Assembly (NCBI RefSeq): GCF_000497125.1
Contig: NC_090599.1
Location: 496,001-560,000 of the forward strand
Length of the DNA stretch: 64,000 nucleotides
Reading direction: 5' to 3'
DNA from: Spironucleus salmonicida
Taxonomy: Eukaryota
Shown: one piece after another, positions 39,339 to 51,817 of the stretch
Layout: each line of letters begins with the position of its first letter
Position numbering within the stretch: the stretch's first letter is position 1
Program-made: the position numbers and the translations under genes
Notes under the pieces: generated by a model
The model's database searches: none
The model's input: the letters and a program-made list of their open reading frames with translations, nothing else
What the model was told of the DNA's origin: nothing

Positions 39339-39579
39339 TTTTTGGATTATGGATTTAGTAGATTCATAGAAAGTAATAAATGTTGTTTGCTTTGGTTTTT
39401 GATGTTGATAGTTATTGGTATGCTATTGTTGATCTGAAGATAATCAAATTAATATAATATAAAATTTAAAAATACATTCTACACAAAATTAATATTATAT
39501 TAAATATTATTTTAAAAAGATTTTCTAAATATGGAGTAAGTAATATCATATTATTTACGTTATATACATTAATTTAATA

Positions 39580-39999
39580 ATGTAACATTATTTGGTACGC
39601 CTCGAAACTCCATCGATAGACGCTCCATAATAATTTATGTCATCGCTATACGATTAATTTCACAACCATAATGATAAATATAAACTAAAATTACTACATT
39701 TACATTTTAATGTTAAGAATTTTGAACTAATGGAATTTAACCTTTCAGACTCATAGATTGTTTTCAAACTAACAGGAGAAAATATTTTGTATAAGAAAAC
39801 ACAAGAAAATTTACTTATTGATGCAATAATATTAGGAACACGAGATTATTTAGATGAGGATTGGGAAATCTTACCTCATATTAGTTGTGAAATTATACAA
39901 TCATTTGGAAAATGTGGGGCTGCCAGAACTAAAATCAATCACAATGTTATTATTAAAGACTAGAATGTAATTAAATAATATCCAAAAATTCTGTAGTGA
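39580..39999 (+). CDS. hypothetical protein, 139 aa
   Basis: ATG-TGA code-6 frame ending TAG-TGA. Confidence 0.65.
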
Positions 40000-40117
40000 T
40001 TTCTATCTATGTGATCTTAATTTGTAATTATCAATTTTAAGTATTCCTTGTATTTCAAAATTTGCTAAACCAATATGGCTAAATTATATTCTTTACCTCT
40101 CCCGTTAAATAATTCAC

Positions 40118-40795
40118 TCACAATCCAGGAATACTTAAAGAACTTGATTCCTCAATATTACTTTATTAAATTTATACGACTATTCGATTCTTCTCTAATT
40201 TCTAAACTGGCTCTACCTTGACTGAGTCATCAATTTTTGCTATATTAAGGCAATCATAATAAAAATCCAAAGCCTGACAATGTTCTCGATTTTATCTATC
40301 TTTTTAACTCTGTATCCAATCAATAACCATTTTTTCTGTAGGTAATTAATTTTTAAATTTAAATTTCTTCAAATCATCACTAGTTGGTTATTTTTGCTTC
40401 ATTTATTTAAACTATAATTATTTATAAGCATTATCATTATCATTTTGCCCCAATTTCTCATTGAAATCAGCAAATACTAAACTGGTTAAATATACTGAAA
40501 AGTCTGTGCCATAAACTGTAACAATATCATTTCTAATTGTTATTGTACAATTTAATTGAGATTAAATTGCTTATAAGGTACTTCCTCTTGGCCCTAAAAT
40601 TGCCGTTATAAAAGCCTTTGATTGCTTTTGTAATATAAGTTTATTTGGTGATTCCAAATAAGGAGGTTAGTGATTTGAAATAGTAAAATTAGAGACATTT
40701 TCTGGTTTTGTAGTTAAAGAAATTTAAGTAACGGTCTACATAATATTTTTGTCGTATTTATTTAATAAGTCTGTAGCAATTTCGAGAAAGTTCAT
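40118..40795 (-). CDS. KH-QUA2 (STAR family; SF1/branchpoint-binding protein-like) protein, 225 aa
   Basis: FITAILGPRGSTLQAIQSQLNCTITIR (STAR-type KH GxxG loop) and DNAYKQLQFKQM (QUA2-like). Confidence 0.72.
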
Positions 40796-40868
40796 TCTTC
40801 AATAATTAATATTATACTAAATTGTCAACTTATTAATACCGCGTTCCTTTTAATTTATTTTTGTAAAA

Positions 40869-41912
40869 ATGAGTTTGACAGAATATGAGGAAAAGCGCAA
40901 AATGTATCAAAATGAATTAGAATAATATAGAAATTATAAGAATACTATATGTATTATTAACCCAAAATTACGTTATATATAAGAAAATGAAATTGAACCA
41001 GCTTCCCAGCATATTTCATCATTTACGTCTTAAGATGAGATTTCAATTTTAAATATATCTTAGAAGGATTAGTTTGAGTTAGAATAAGAACGGTAGTAGT
41101 AATTTTTAAGCGAATAAATTGAGACTGTTAAAAGAGCTTAAAATTATTTAAATAGCAAGGATACCTTGAAAACTAAGGTTGTGCCAAAAATAGAACATAA
41201 TTAGCATATTTTTATTGATATAAAGAGATAAAATTAGGATATATCAAAGAACTTTGAGGAGTAACCATACATGACTCAGTAACCTGTTCTGGTTAGAGAA
41301 TAAACACATAAGCCTTATGTTAAATAAGTGTAAGAAAACATAGTTTAGTAGAAAAAAATCAGCGAAAGTATTAAATAGTAGCCAGATAATGTCCAAAATA
41401 CTAAAATTTAGCATTATTAGAATATTCTGTCTTCAACATAGGATTTTATTCAATAAAATAAAGTAGTATCACCAGATCGTTAAATTACATTAAAATAGAT
41501 TGAACTATAGGGAAGCCTTAAGAAAACCATTTCTGAATTAACTGAAATGGAAAAGTAGAACGCGTCACACAAAGAAACCTTTTATAACACAGATGCAGCC
41601 TTGATGGTAGAAAGGCAGTCAAGAATTCTTAATAATTTTGCAATGAGCAATCTATCAGAGCCGGGTAAATTATCACTATCTAGAACCGAAATCAACAATG
41701 TCCTAGACTAGCATGACCAACCACACCTTGGTGATGACTAGTAGCAAAAGTCAGCCTCGATTGCCATCTAAAGTTAGGCATTCAAAAAATCCAGGAAGCC
41801 CCAATTGTAAAGCCAGCTTTTCATGGCGCGAGTCTCAACTTTCGGCGAGAGCTTCGGAACACTAAGTTAGACTAGCTAAGATTATCTCAAATGGCGCAGA
41901 GGTGGCGAGTGA
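40869..41912 (+). CDS. Q/E-rich hypothetical protein, 347 aa
   Basis: Open code-6 frame, ends GAG-TGA. Confidence 0.75.
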
Positions 41913-41992
41913 CTATATTTGAATACATATTTGCCGCCTAAACTGCACTTCAATTTCAATGTCTCTATCGAAAATTCACTCCAAATTCGAAA

Positions 41993-42925
41993 ATGGACGA
42001 TCTGACTCAGGACTTGTACGCCGAAAACCTGAAACTCAAGAACATCATCGAGGAACAGAACTTGCAAATGAAAGACCTAGACGCCCTACAGCTTATCTCC
42101 TCGGGTTTAGAGCGGCAGAACGACTTCCTGCGCTAGTAAATTCCGCTTCAAAACGCCGAGGAAATCATGAAATCGGAAGCTTAGTTACAGCTCATGAAGA
42201 ACTAGTTCGCGGCGCTGCAGCAAACGCACGCTACGCTGGACACGAAGTTCTCGCAAATCTCGAAATCGGACCAGATTTCGGCCCAGGCGCTCAAGAAGGA
42301 GAACGAGGGCCTCAAGAGCCAAATTCAGCAGATCCAAAGCTTCCTCCAGAACAACGAAAACTACACCGGAAACCTCGTGCAGAAGTACTCCGCAATCGCG
42401 CAGAAAACGAAGCTGACGGAGCAGTTCGTGCTAGCTAACGCGCAGCAAGCACCAAGCTACGACAACTGCTTGCGCGACTTCAGAGAGCATTTCAAGTTCT
42501 TCAAGCAGATTTTTGCGGTGTTTCCGGTGCTCAGCGACGTGCAGAGCCAGTTCAAAATCGCGCAGCTCCAGACGCTGGCGAGCCCCGACTTCCTGGCGAA
42601 ATTCGGCGTCCCGTTCGAGATTGCGGTCAGCGCAGCCTCGTTCCAGCCCGAAATCCAGAACCACTTCGCTAGCAACTGGAACGACATCTTCGAGTCTCAT
42701 CTTCTTGAGTTCGTCCGCGAAAAATTCTAGGAAATTGGTGCTTTGCGAGGGGCGAATCGTCCGGTCGATAAGCGCCTTTTCGAACTCGACGAGCGAGAGT
42801 TCGACTCCGGCTTCGTGTGCAATTTCCTCGCGGTCTGCCTCGTGCTGCAAGGCTTCGAGCTGGCCCTAGACGGCGCTGGGGTGTGCTTCCGGCGCGGCTC
42901 AGGCGTGTGGTATTTGGACGTTTGA
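41993..42925 (+). CDS. coiled-coil hypothetical protein, 310 aa
   Basis: Joins ORF-track 42377..42730 and 42743..42925 in one frame; AGTGA shortly after the stop. Confidence 0.8.
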
Positions 42926-42947
42926 GGCGGGTTAGTGAAGGTTTTGC

Positions 42948-45905
42948 TCAGTTTCCGCCCAGCGCGTCGCCCAGCGAAAGCTGGTTCTTCTGCGGCGTGC
43001 CCGATGCCGCCGAGAGCTTCATTTGCGGTGTTTTCGCCTTCGGCTCCAGCGCTACTTTCTTCGGTGCGTGCCCCAGGCTGCTCAGGAACTTCCTGTTGCC
43101 CTGCGGGTCCGCAGGCGGCAGATTCTCGTAGTTCTAGGGCGAAATTCTACCCATCTGCGACGCATCTGGCGCGAATTGCACGTTCTGGGGCGTGCTAGGC
43201 ACCGCAGAGGCCTTGCGGTTGTAAGCGCCGCTTTTGGCGTCCTTTTCGACCCGCTTAATGAGCTCGTCCACCTCGAAGCGCACGTCCTTCACGACCTCCT
43301 GGAACTTCTGCTTCGCGCCGCCGCTGGCGAACGAGAAGCCCAAAACGTCCAATTTCCGGCCCGTAATACCACCGCCGCTGGGCCGCGCACCGGGAAGAAT
43401 ATCGCCGTCGCGGGCGAAGTTTTCGGTCTCCTGGAAGCGCCCCTCGATGATGTCCAGGCACAGCTTCGCGGCCTCCGAGGAGCCGCTGGATAGGCAGACC
43501 GCGCGGAAGCCTTCCAGCCCTCGCCGCGTCCTGAAGAGGTTGCAAAGTGCCTGTACGCGCGACGCCAACTTGGCCTTGCAGAGCAGCTGCCCCAGCCCCA
43601 AGAGCTACAGGTCGAACTCCATGTCGCACCTGTTGAGCTGGCTCTCCTGGAACTGGAAAACGTATCGCGAGCGCAGCAGAGCGAATTCGATGAAGATTTT
43701 GCGCTCCAACGCGTCAATTTCGTCTTGGTTGGAGTTGATGGGTGGCGACGGGGCCAGTGCGACCATGGTGGGCGTCTGTAGCAACGGCACAGAGGGCTCG
43801 TAAATGACAGGAAAATGCTGCTTGAGATATCGCAAATCCTGGTCAAATTTAGCCGCAAAATCGACCTTCTAGGCCTTCTGGTTGTCTGCGATTTTCATCA
43901 GCGCGTTGAACGAGCCCAGCAGAACGCTGTCGTCCTGCTCGATTTTGATGGCCTGAATTTGGAAGGACTGGCCCACCTGCTCTATATAAACTGGGTGGAA
44001 ATACGTGCTTCGCAACTCGTTTAGGTCGCCACGCGTCAGGGCGTCTTTCACCTGGCCGTTGATAATCTTGAGCAGGCGGTCCTGCATCCTCTGAATTCGA
44101 GCATATTCAGCCTCTAAATAGCTGTGCACCATAGTCACAGATACGCTATTTTGGCCAAAAAGATCCTGAAAATCGACAATGTACAGCCCTTAGACGTCGC
44201 CCAAAACGACGAAATCTTCAGTGCAGGAAAGGAAGTTTATCGTGTTCAAGCCAAGCTGGCACTGATACACAGCGGTGAGGCTGAACGGATCAAACGCGTG
44301 GAATCGCTTGCCGTCTTCGATGAAAAATATCATCTGAGAGTTCGCGGTCAGGTGCGTAATTCGGCCGTACGTCTACGCGCTTAGGCACATTCCTCCGCTC
44401 AGGATGTGCAAATAAGAGCAATTTCTCCCCTCAAGAGTGATGCACGTTGTGCTTAGGTCGACCAGCGCAACGAGGTCTGGTGACTAGTAGGATGGAAGAA
44501 CACCTTTATAAAGAGGCTACGCATCAGCGTAGCTATGCATTTGGAATGCGTGTTCTGTTAAAATCGCAAAACCCTCTGCAGCAAGAAATGCGGAAACTAC
44601 AATATTTGGGAACTAAAAGCTTCGTGGCTGATAGTTCACATCTGCTGGTATAACAGAAAGTTGAAAACTATGTCCTTAGTTTTGACCAGATATCTGTCCA
44701 AATTAGTTTAATTAAAATATTGTCCTGGACGAAGATTTGATTGCTTTCGACCGTTGTGCTAGAGAGCTGAAGTATGTTTATGTATCGCCAGGTTGGATAG
44801 CATAAAACTAAGAATTGCATGTTGTTAATACAGATTAAACTTTAGATGACACAATAATATCCGACTATAAAGAATCATTAGATTAATTAGAACACATTGA
44901 GGCATCTTAAATATCATCAACAAATAGCTTTTCTGATTTTTATTTTTAAGCCGATTGTTAAGATTTAAAATCATCAGAATCATCTAAATAATCTAATTTT
45001 TCTTCTGTTTTATTGATAGTAAGAATAATTTCTTACTTTGGAGATTTAGGGGTTTATATTTTTGATTCAGAAAATTTTTGTTTTTAATGTTAAATTTCCT
45101 CTGGAATTGATTTTACTATATCCAAAGAAATTTGATAGAATTCTGCATACTTAAATCCATCATCTAAATCTTCATACACGCAATAAATAAGACAATGTTC
45201 ACCTTTATCTACAGCATATGCATCTATTAAATTTTTATGTTCTAGTGCTAATTTGCCAATTATTTTTATATCGCTATTAATTAATTAACAAACCTCTATT
45301 AGTTAATTTGTAACTCCGATAAATTTATTGCTTGTAAATGCTCTTGTAAATTAATAATTTAATTAAGTAACAATCTATTTAATATCAGTTACCTATCTAA
45401 TACCACATGGAGTAACTAAGTATGGTGATAAAAACCCACACATCGGAGGTAAAATACTCCAAGGCAACTGACCTCTTGTTTTAGAAGCAAATTTCGTCTG
45501 CTGTATTACTTTATTATTTTCCATTAGTACTATTTCTCCATTGATAGAAACAACAAGTAGCAAATTACCTTATGATAAAATGCTAAATACAACATCCGAT
45601 AGTTTATGAATAATAGAGTCATTAAAAAAAATTTATCCATCTGATGTTCCTGCATATCCAGGAGCATATGATGTTATCAATGATTCAACCTCTAAAATTG
45701 TCTCTTAATTCTTAATTACCTTTTTATCTGTGACCATATAATCGTTATCAAAATATATGATATTTTCTACAGACTCTTATACGTCATTAATAATTTATTT
45801 TTTGATAAGTTAACTTATTTTATTATCACCAACACTAAATATACCATTTTATAAAGAGCACATATGAAAATCCGTATTATCACCTAAAAGTAAACGCTTT
45901 GTCAT
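42948..45905 (-). CDS. Ctf4/And-1 (WDHD1)-like replisome hub, 985 aa
   Basis: N-terminal WD40-like region, acidic linker, SepB-like AIQPGDT...RTIFQLNQFGQI, helical C-terminal bundle (LERKIF...DLQLL...LCKAKLASRVQALC); joins three ORF-track fragments. Confidence 0.72.
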
Positions 45906-46083
45906 TTAGTCCGGAACCGTTATTCTTATATTATTTTATGATTATAATTATATATTTTATTTTACTAATATAATTTATATATAATTTAAACAAATATTAC
46001 ATAGTTATAGGATTCACTTATCTACTATTATCTTATATGTATTTTATAGAATATTTTAAAATAAAAATACTTGAAATTGTCAA

Positions 46084-46341
46084 TCAAACTCTATCTTTAG
46101 TTTTTAATTCATCATTTTTTGCTACATATTCTCTTTTAGCTATTCTAGCTTCACCTAGTTAAACAATCTTCGACTCAAAAACTGCAATTTTTTCAACATC
46201 TTTCTCTTTTTTGGCTTTTTCTAAAAGCTGCTCTCTAATAGCTATTTCCTTATCAAAATAGCTCTCCCATTGTTCTTTTGTCCACTTATTTTTCTTGTCA
46301 GCCTTTGCATGCTTAGTCGGAGCTTTTTTGAAACGAGCCAT
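46084..46341 (-). CDS. small basic protein, 85 aa
   Basis: Extends ORF-track 46159..46341 through TAA to TGA; K/E-rich. Confidence 0.75.
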
Positions 46342-47315
46342 TTGTGGAATGGATACCGGAAAGGTTATAATATTCTTATTTAATATCCTTTATTGAAGAG
46401 ATATCTCAAATCAGAATGGGTAGTCGTATTAATTGATAATGCTGAATAACAGTATTAATAGAACACTATTTTTGATTAACTTTTGTCATATATTATTGAT
46501 AGGATAACCAGATTCTCTATGATTACTATATTTTATGAAATAAAATTAGTATTTAAAAATATAATAAAATTTATCTAATTAAGCGTGAAAGCTACACCAG
46601 CTATTTTAAGGTAATATTATTGTTTGAATATTACATTTATATTTTAACTGAAGCACATAGTTTTGATACATCTATAGAATTAGGTTCTTATTTATCTTAT
46701 ACTGAGTATATTTAGTATATACCACTATTCTAATAATATCTATGGACTGCTGATAATTATTTAATTATTCTACTTTAATTATTATAAGTATGAATTTGTA
46801 AATAGTACTCCTATCAGTGATATTATAGTGCCAAATAGTGTTAAAGTGTGTATATTTAAATAAAATTGAGTACTAATTGAGTGCTTTATCTTAAATAATA
46901 ATGAAAAAGTACGATTTTCATACTTTTAATTAAATAAAATACTAATTTATTTATTAAAGACTAGTTAAATATATTTTAGTTATGATAAATACTATAATAT
47001 TAATTAGAAGGATAAAGCGTATTCAATACATTTATTTTACTAAATTAGCTAGTAGTTGTATCATAATCATGTTGCTTTGAAGTAAATAATATATAACTTA
47101 AATAAATATAAAAAATAGTTTAAAATGCTAATGGATTTTCTTCAATAAGTAAAATGGGTTAAAGTGATTAAAATTTATGAACACCATTATTCATACAACA
47201 AGGTTATAATAATAAGATAGTAATCTTAAATTTGATAAATATAACATACTTTAGTTTAGAATATTGCAAATAACCTATTATAAATTTATAGTAATTTATT
47301 AAAGTAGCATATAGT

Positions 47316-47600
47316 ATGGATGCACAGCCTACAATCCATGATATCCATTCCAGACCAAATAATACATCGCTCCCACAAACAGAGCGTCAAATGCCACCAC
47401 CATTGATGCAATCGTCATCTGTGGAATCACCCTTAACGCTGTCATCGACGTTGAGGCATTCAGATTCTTCAGCAGGAACTAGCTAGAAAACATCGCACTT
47501 CATCTCATCCAGAAGCTGTACAGCTGATTGAATTTAGCTGATTTCATTGAACTTGTCCCACCCCGGCCTGCAGAAGGAGATCCAATTTATAACTATAAAT
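47316..47600 (+). pseudogene. possible decayed coding fragment or insertion
   Basis: Sharply bounded GC-richer block in AT-rich DNA; the most codon-like frame is broken by two TGA (47339, 47525). Confidence 0.3.
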
Positions 47601-47638
47601 AATATTATATATGTGATAATTAAAAAAATATTTTGTTA

Positions 47639-48775
47639 ATGAATGTTCATTATTTTAAAAATCCATTTTAAACATTGCAAAATTAAGAATCAGTATCTCC
47701 TGATCTTTAATAGTGCTTAATTATTCCATTACTACCAAAAATTTATCCAGCATATAAGTCAAGTATAATTTAATCATCTTATTTCACTATAGCGTTTTCA
47801 AGATAAAAAGCAATAATTTATAATAAATAGACATTTTTACTTAAAGAATTGAGATTTTAGTCATCAATTATAACAAATATATCTGTTTGTTAGGATTTTT
47901 ATGGAATAAATCTAGATACAAAAGACAAAGGTAAATTATTTATTATATTTAATTACAACTCTACATAAATCAGATCATTTCCTTGTATTAAAGGTTAATT
48001 ATCTCAAATAGGAAAATTTAATTAACTTTACAACATCGAAATAGTATTATAACTATAATTATAAATTTAAGTTATTGATCTTACAATTTAAGGAACCAAA
48101 ATATCAACAACAATTAGGTATCTGTGTTAAAAATAAACTTTTAGAATATTTTAAGTTATGAATGGTATGGTATTATCTGATGAACTGTTATATAGAATAT
48201 AAGCTCATAATCTCTAAATTATATTACAAGATCCAAGAAATTTTTTAATAACATCTTATCAATCAAAATTTGGACCTTAATTATCATGGAAAATATTTAA
48301 CTATGTAAATGATATTATACTCTTAGGAAATGAAGTCATTTCCGAGATTCATTATAAATCTCTTAGAGCTAATTTTCTCCACCTTTTATCAAGTCCTATT
48401 GAGTTTATAGTGTCTCTAAAATAAGATTAAAATATTATAGTATTTGTTTCATCTAAATTTTATATTCATTATTGCATATTTAATGAGTAGCTTGAACTCT
48501 AAGAACGTATAAATAGAGTTAATTTAAAAATATTTCCAGGGGAGTAAATTAAATCTGTATAAGTAATAAATAACCAACTGAATGTGTTTACCAATTTGCA
48601 GAGATAAACATTTTATTCTTAGGAAATTGATATGGTAACTTAGCCATTTCGTTTTAAAGATAGAAGAATAAAAATAAATAAGAAAAGTTAGAAAAAAATT
48701 AATTTCTCTTTTAAAGAGTTTTAATAAAAATTAGAATAGTAAGATACAGGAAATCTCGATTTCTTATTGGGATGA
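47639..48775 (+). CDS. hypothetical protein, 378 aa
   Basis: Long code-6 ORF with in-frame ATG and TGA. Confidence 0.65.
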
Positions 48776-48828
48776 GTTTAATTTCAATTTTTAATATATA
48801 AAATAGTTCAATTTATATATGTAAACAA

Positions 48829-49116
48829 TCATTTCAAAAAACGTAGGATATAATGATTATCTTCAAATTAACAACGATAAGCTATAGTCTCTGAGTCATC
48901 TATCTCTACAAAACCAACATTGCATAACACGTTTTATTATAGCCCTGTTAGGTCAATACTAAACTATGTTTCAGAAATTTTTAACGCTTGTAAAAATTCT
49001 GTTGTAATGGCCGGGTCGTAATAAAATTTGATAATTGATGCAGGTTTATTTAGTGTAAATTCTAATTTATTCTAATCAGGTTTTTCAAATACATCAGGAC
49101 AAATCCAAACTGTCAT
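48829..49116 (-). CDS. small beta-rich protein, 95 aa; paralogue of 49154..49477
   Basis: MTVWICPDVF...IKFYYDP...ALKISETQFSIDL. Confidence 0.7.
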
Positions 49117-49153
49117 TTGAGGAGTAGAAAAACTAAAAATATATTAAATCATA

Positions 49154-49477
49154 TCATAATGCCACTTTAATTTCGCCGTCTATAAGTCTGCACATAACTA
49201 TCTGCTCAATTTCAGCTGTTTTTACCATCATTATAATTTGTTTTAACTCATTTGCTTCATAAATTGAGAAATCTACCCTAAATTTACCTTATGAAATCTT
49301 CTTTGCTCTAATAACTGCTTCACACTACATAGGATCAAGTAAAAACTCAATCTTCTCAGGGTCAGGCGTAATTTCGAATAGAACCGCCTCATCTATAGCT
49401 AACAAATTGGGCGTCATCTTATAAATTGCCCCAGGAGTAGTCTCTGCAAGTAACCCGTTTACCAAATGTCCTTCCAT
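49154..49477 (-). CDS. small beta-rich protein, 107 aa; paralogue of 48829..49116
   Basis: MEGHLVNG...IEFLLDP...AKKISQGKFRVDF. Confidence 0.7.
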
Positions 49478-49634
49478 TAAATAAGAATCATAAATCTTAT
49501 AATTAAGATATAATAAAGTTATTACCTACTTTCCTAATAAGTATACAATTTATTTTATTATATATTTCACAAAATTTTCACTCTATAAAATTATATAAAA
49601 TACTTATAATCATATATTATTCGTATTATAAAGT

Positions 49635-50933
49635 TCACTTTGATTTCTTTCCCACGGACTCAACGAACTCTCCAAAACTGGCCCTATAGCTCGAAATCGG
49701 CTGAATTTTCTTCGCAATGCAGAAAACAGCATCCTCGCAGTACTTCTTGTAAATCATCGTATTCGTCCCATTTTTCACAATTTCGTTCCACTCCCGAACG
49801 ATGAATTCGCTGCATTTTTCGTTCGAGCTGTCCACCAAAAGCACCATCATCTGGCTCTGGATATCGTCGTATTTCACGCCGATACCGTCGCTTTTCTGGA
49901 GCGAAATAACCGCGATTTCGATCGCCGAAAGCGCGATTTCGTAGTGCCGGAACGCCAAAAACCGCGGGTTCAGGAGCGTTATTTCGGCAAGAAATGTCGC
50001 CAGGAGGCACGTCTGCTGGCCGATTCCGAGGTCCCGGAAGAGTGACCGCTGGTACGAGCGCGCGTTCAGCGACGAGATGCCCAGGCGCCAGTCTATGGCG
50101 TCCAGGAGCTTTAGCTCACCGATTAGCATGTCCTGCACCGTGAACAAATCCGAGAAGTACGTGCAGAGCGCAGAGGTGCCCAGGGCCTCCCCGTAGTTCT
50201 CCTCGTGCTTGGTGGCCAGAAACACGCAAAGCGCCGACAGGAGCTTGATTTCCTGCTTCCGGAGCTGCAGATGCGACAGTACGCGGTGGTAGAGCGTGCA
50301 GGCAAAAAATTGGGTCTCTAGCGAGTAACACTCCTTGAACGTGACTTACGTGATGTAGTCGATGCCTTTCTGGACGTCTCTGGGCTGAATTTGGTCCTAT
50401 TGGGGGATTTTAGGAAGCTGCTCTTGCGGGGGCTGATTTGGGATCTTCCTGCTCGAATTAGCGCGCTAGAAGCTCGATGCAGAGCGGTTTTAGGTGCGTG
50501 CGGCTTAGAAATTCAGAAAAACCGGGTGCTTAAACTTATTTTGAATCTGAACCTCATTTATATAGTTGGGGTTGCCATATTCTTGCAATTTTGAGTAGTG
50601 GAGATCTTGCATGACCATCTCTTTCATGATTACTTCAGAATAGCTAGCTATGATCGTTGCGTTGTTAGAAGTCTAGTCCATATGTTATGCTGGTGCAAAT
50701 TTTGTCATAGATGCTCCAATCAGGCATGGTTTGTTCTGCTTTCGTTATGGGGTGATCAGTGACTCTGCTATTTTTTGATATTAGCTAAAATGGGCATTTT
50801 TTGGAGTCTTAGGATTTGCCATTTAACTGTTTATTATAGTCGTCTAGTTTACTAAAGATCCTGTCATTCCGGCGAATATTTGAGTGTTAACTGGCTGCAG
50901 AAGATCATGAACGTTTAAAATTGAATTATTCAT
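49635..50933 (-). CDS. cyclin (A/B-type cyclin box), 432 aa
   Basis: IDYITQV...LETQFFACTLYHRVL...LCVFLATKHEE...ELKLLDAIDWRL, second cyclin fold FLAEITLL; ends AAG-TGA. Confidence 0.9.
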
Positions 50934-51817
50934 TTTAGACAGAAATTTGGAAGAATAATATTATATATAAAATAAATAGTAAAGATATGAATATGAAGGT
51001 TATTTAATAATATAATACCAGATATTGTTAAATTTAATGATTAAATTGTTAATCTTGTGAAGAAATAATATTTGTGCGATTACTTATTCATAATGATATT
51101 GCCTTTCTAAATATTTTGTTAATTTTTAGTAAAAAGAATAACTATGATTAATAAACAAATTTATAATTAGTAAATAGTATCTCTACCATATTAATTATAT
51201 GTACACGTATATTGAAGTACATATCAAGTGGTGTCTTGCTGAACTCTGCATAAGATATTTTTTCTATTAATACTTATTTGCTATATTTAACTACAATTTA
51301 TATATTGATACGTTGAAAAGTATATAATGATAAATACATAATAGGTGAGGCGTAATATGTGTGAACAAATATTAAAGCTTTGCAAATATAAATTTTAGAA
51401 ACTGATTTACGTCAGTTTATACATTTAGCATACACATAAAGCATTCTTAATTATTATTTAAGATTATAATTAATTCATAAATCCATACTTCTATAGCATA
51501 TTTTATCATAATAATTTATTTACTGAAAAAATTAAACTAATTATCATAAATATTTTTTATTATACAGATATTTTAAATCCTAGAATTAAGCCTTAGAATA
51601 GACTTATATGTATATATGAGATAATAATATAAAAATTTGTATATATTAAATAAAAATTATATCACTAAAATTTACAATTTATAGATATTATTATTTATTT
51701 CCATGATATTCACTTTTATAATATAATCTGAAATAAATAAGTTTAAATGTGGTTTTTATTATTTATAATTTATATTAATTATATAAATAATTTAATAATT
51801 AAAAATCACTTTTCAAA

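Noticed and set aside
41882-44653. Dense stack of overlapping standard-code ORFs on both strands (also 3166-3765, 13579-14538, 17845-18692, 49684-50594)
   Set aside because: Shadow ORFs caused by high local GC; one code-6 gene per locus explains each region
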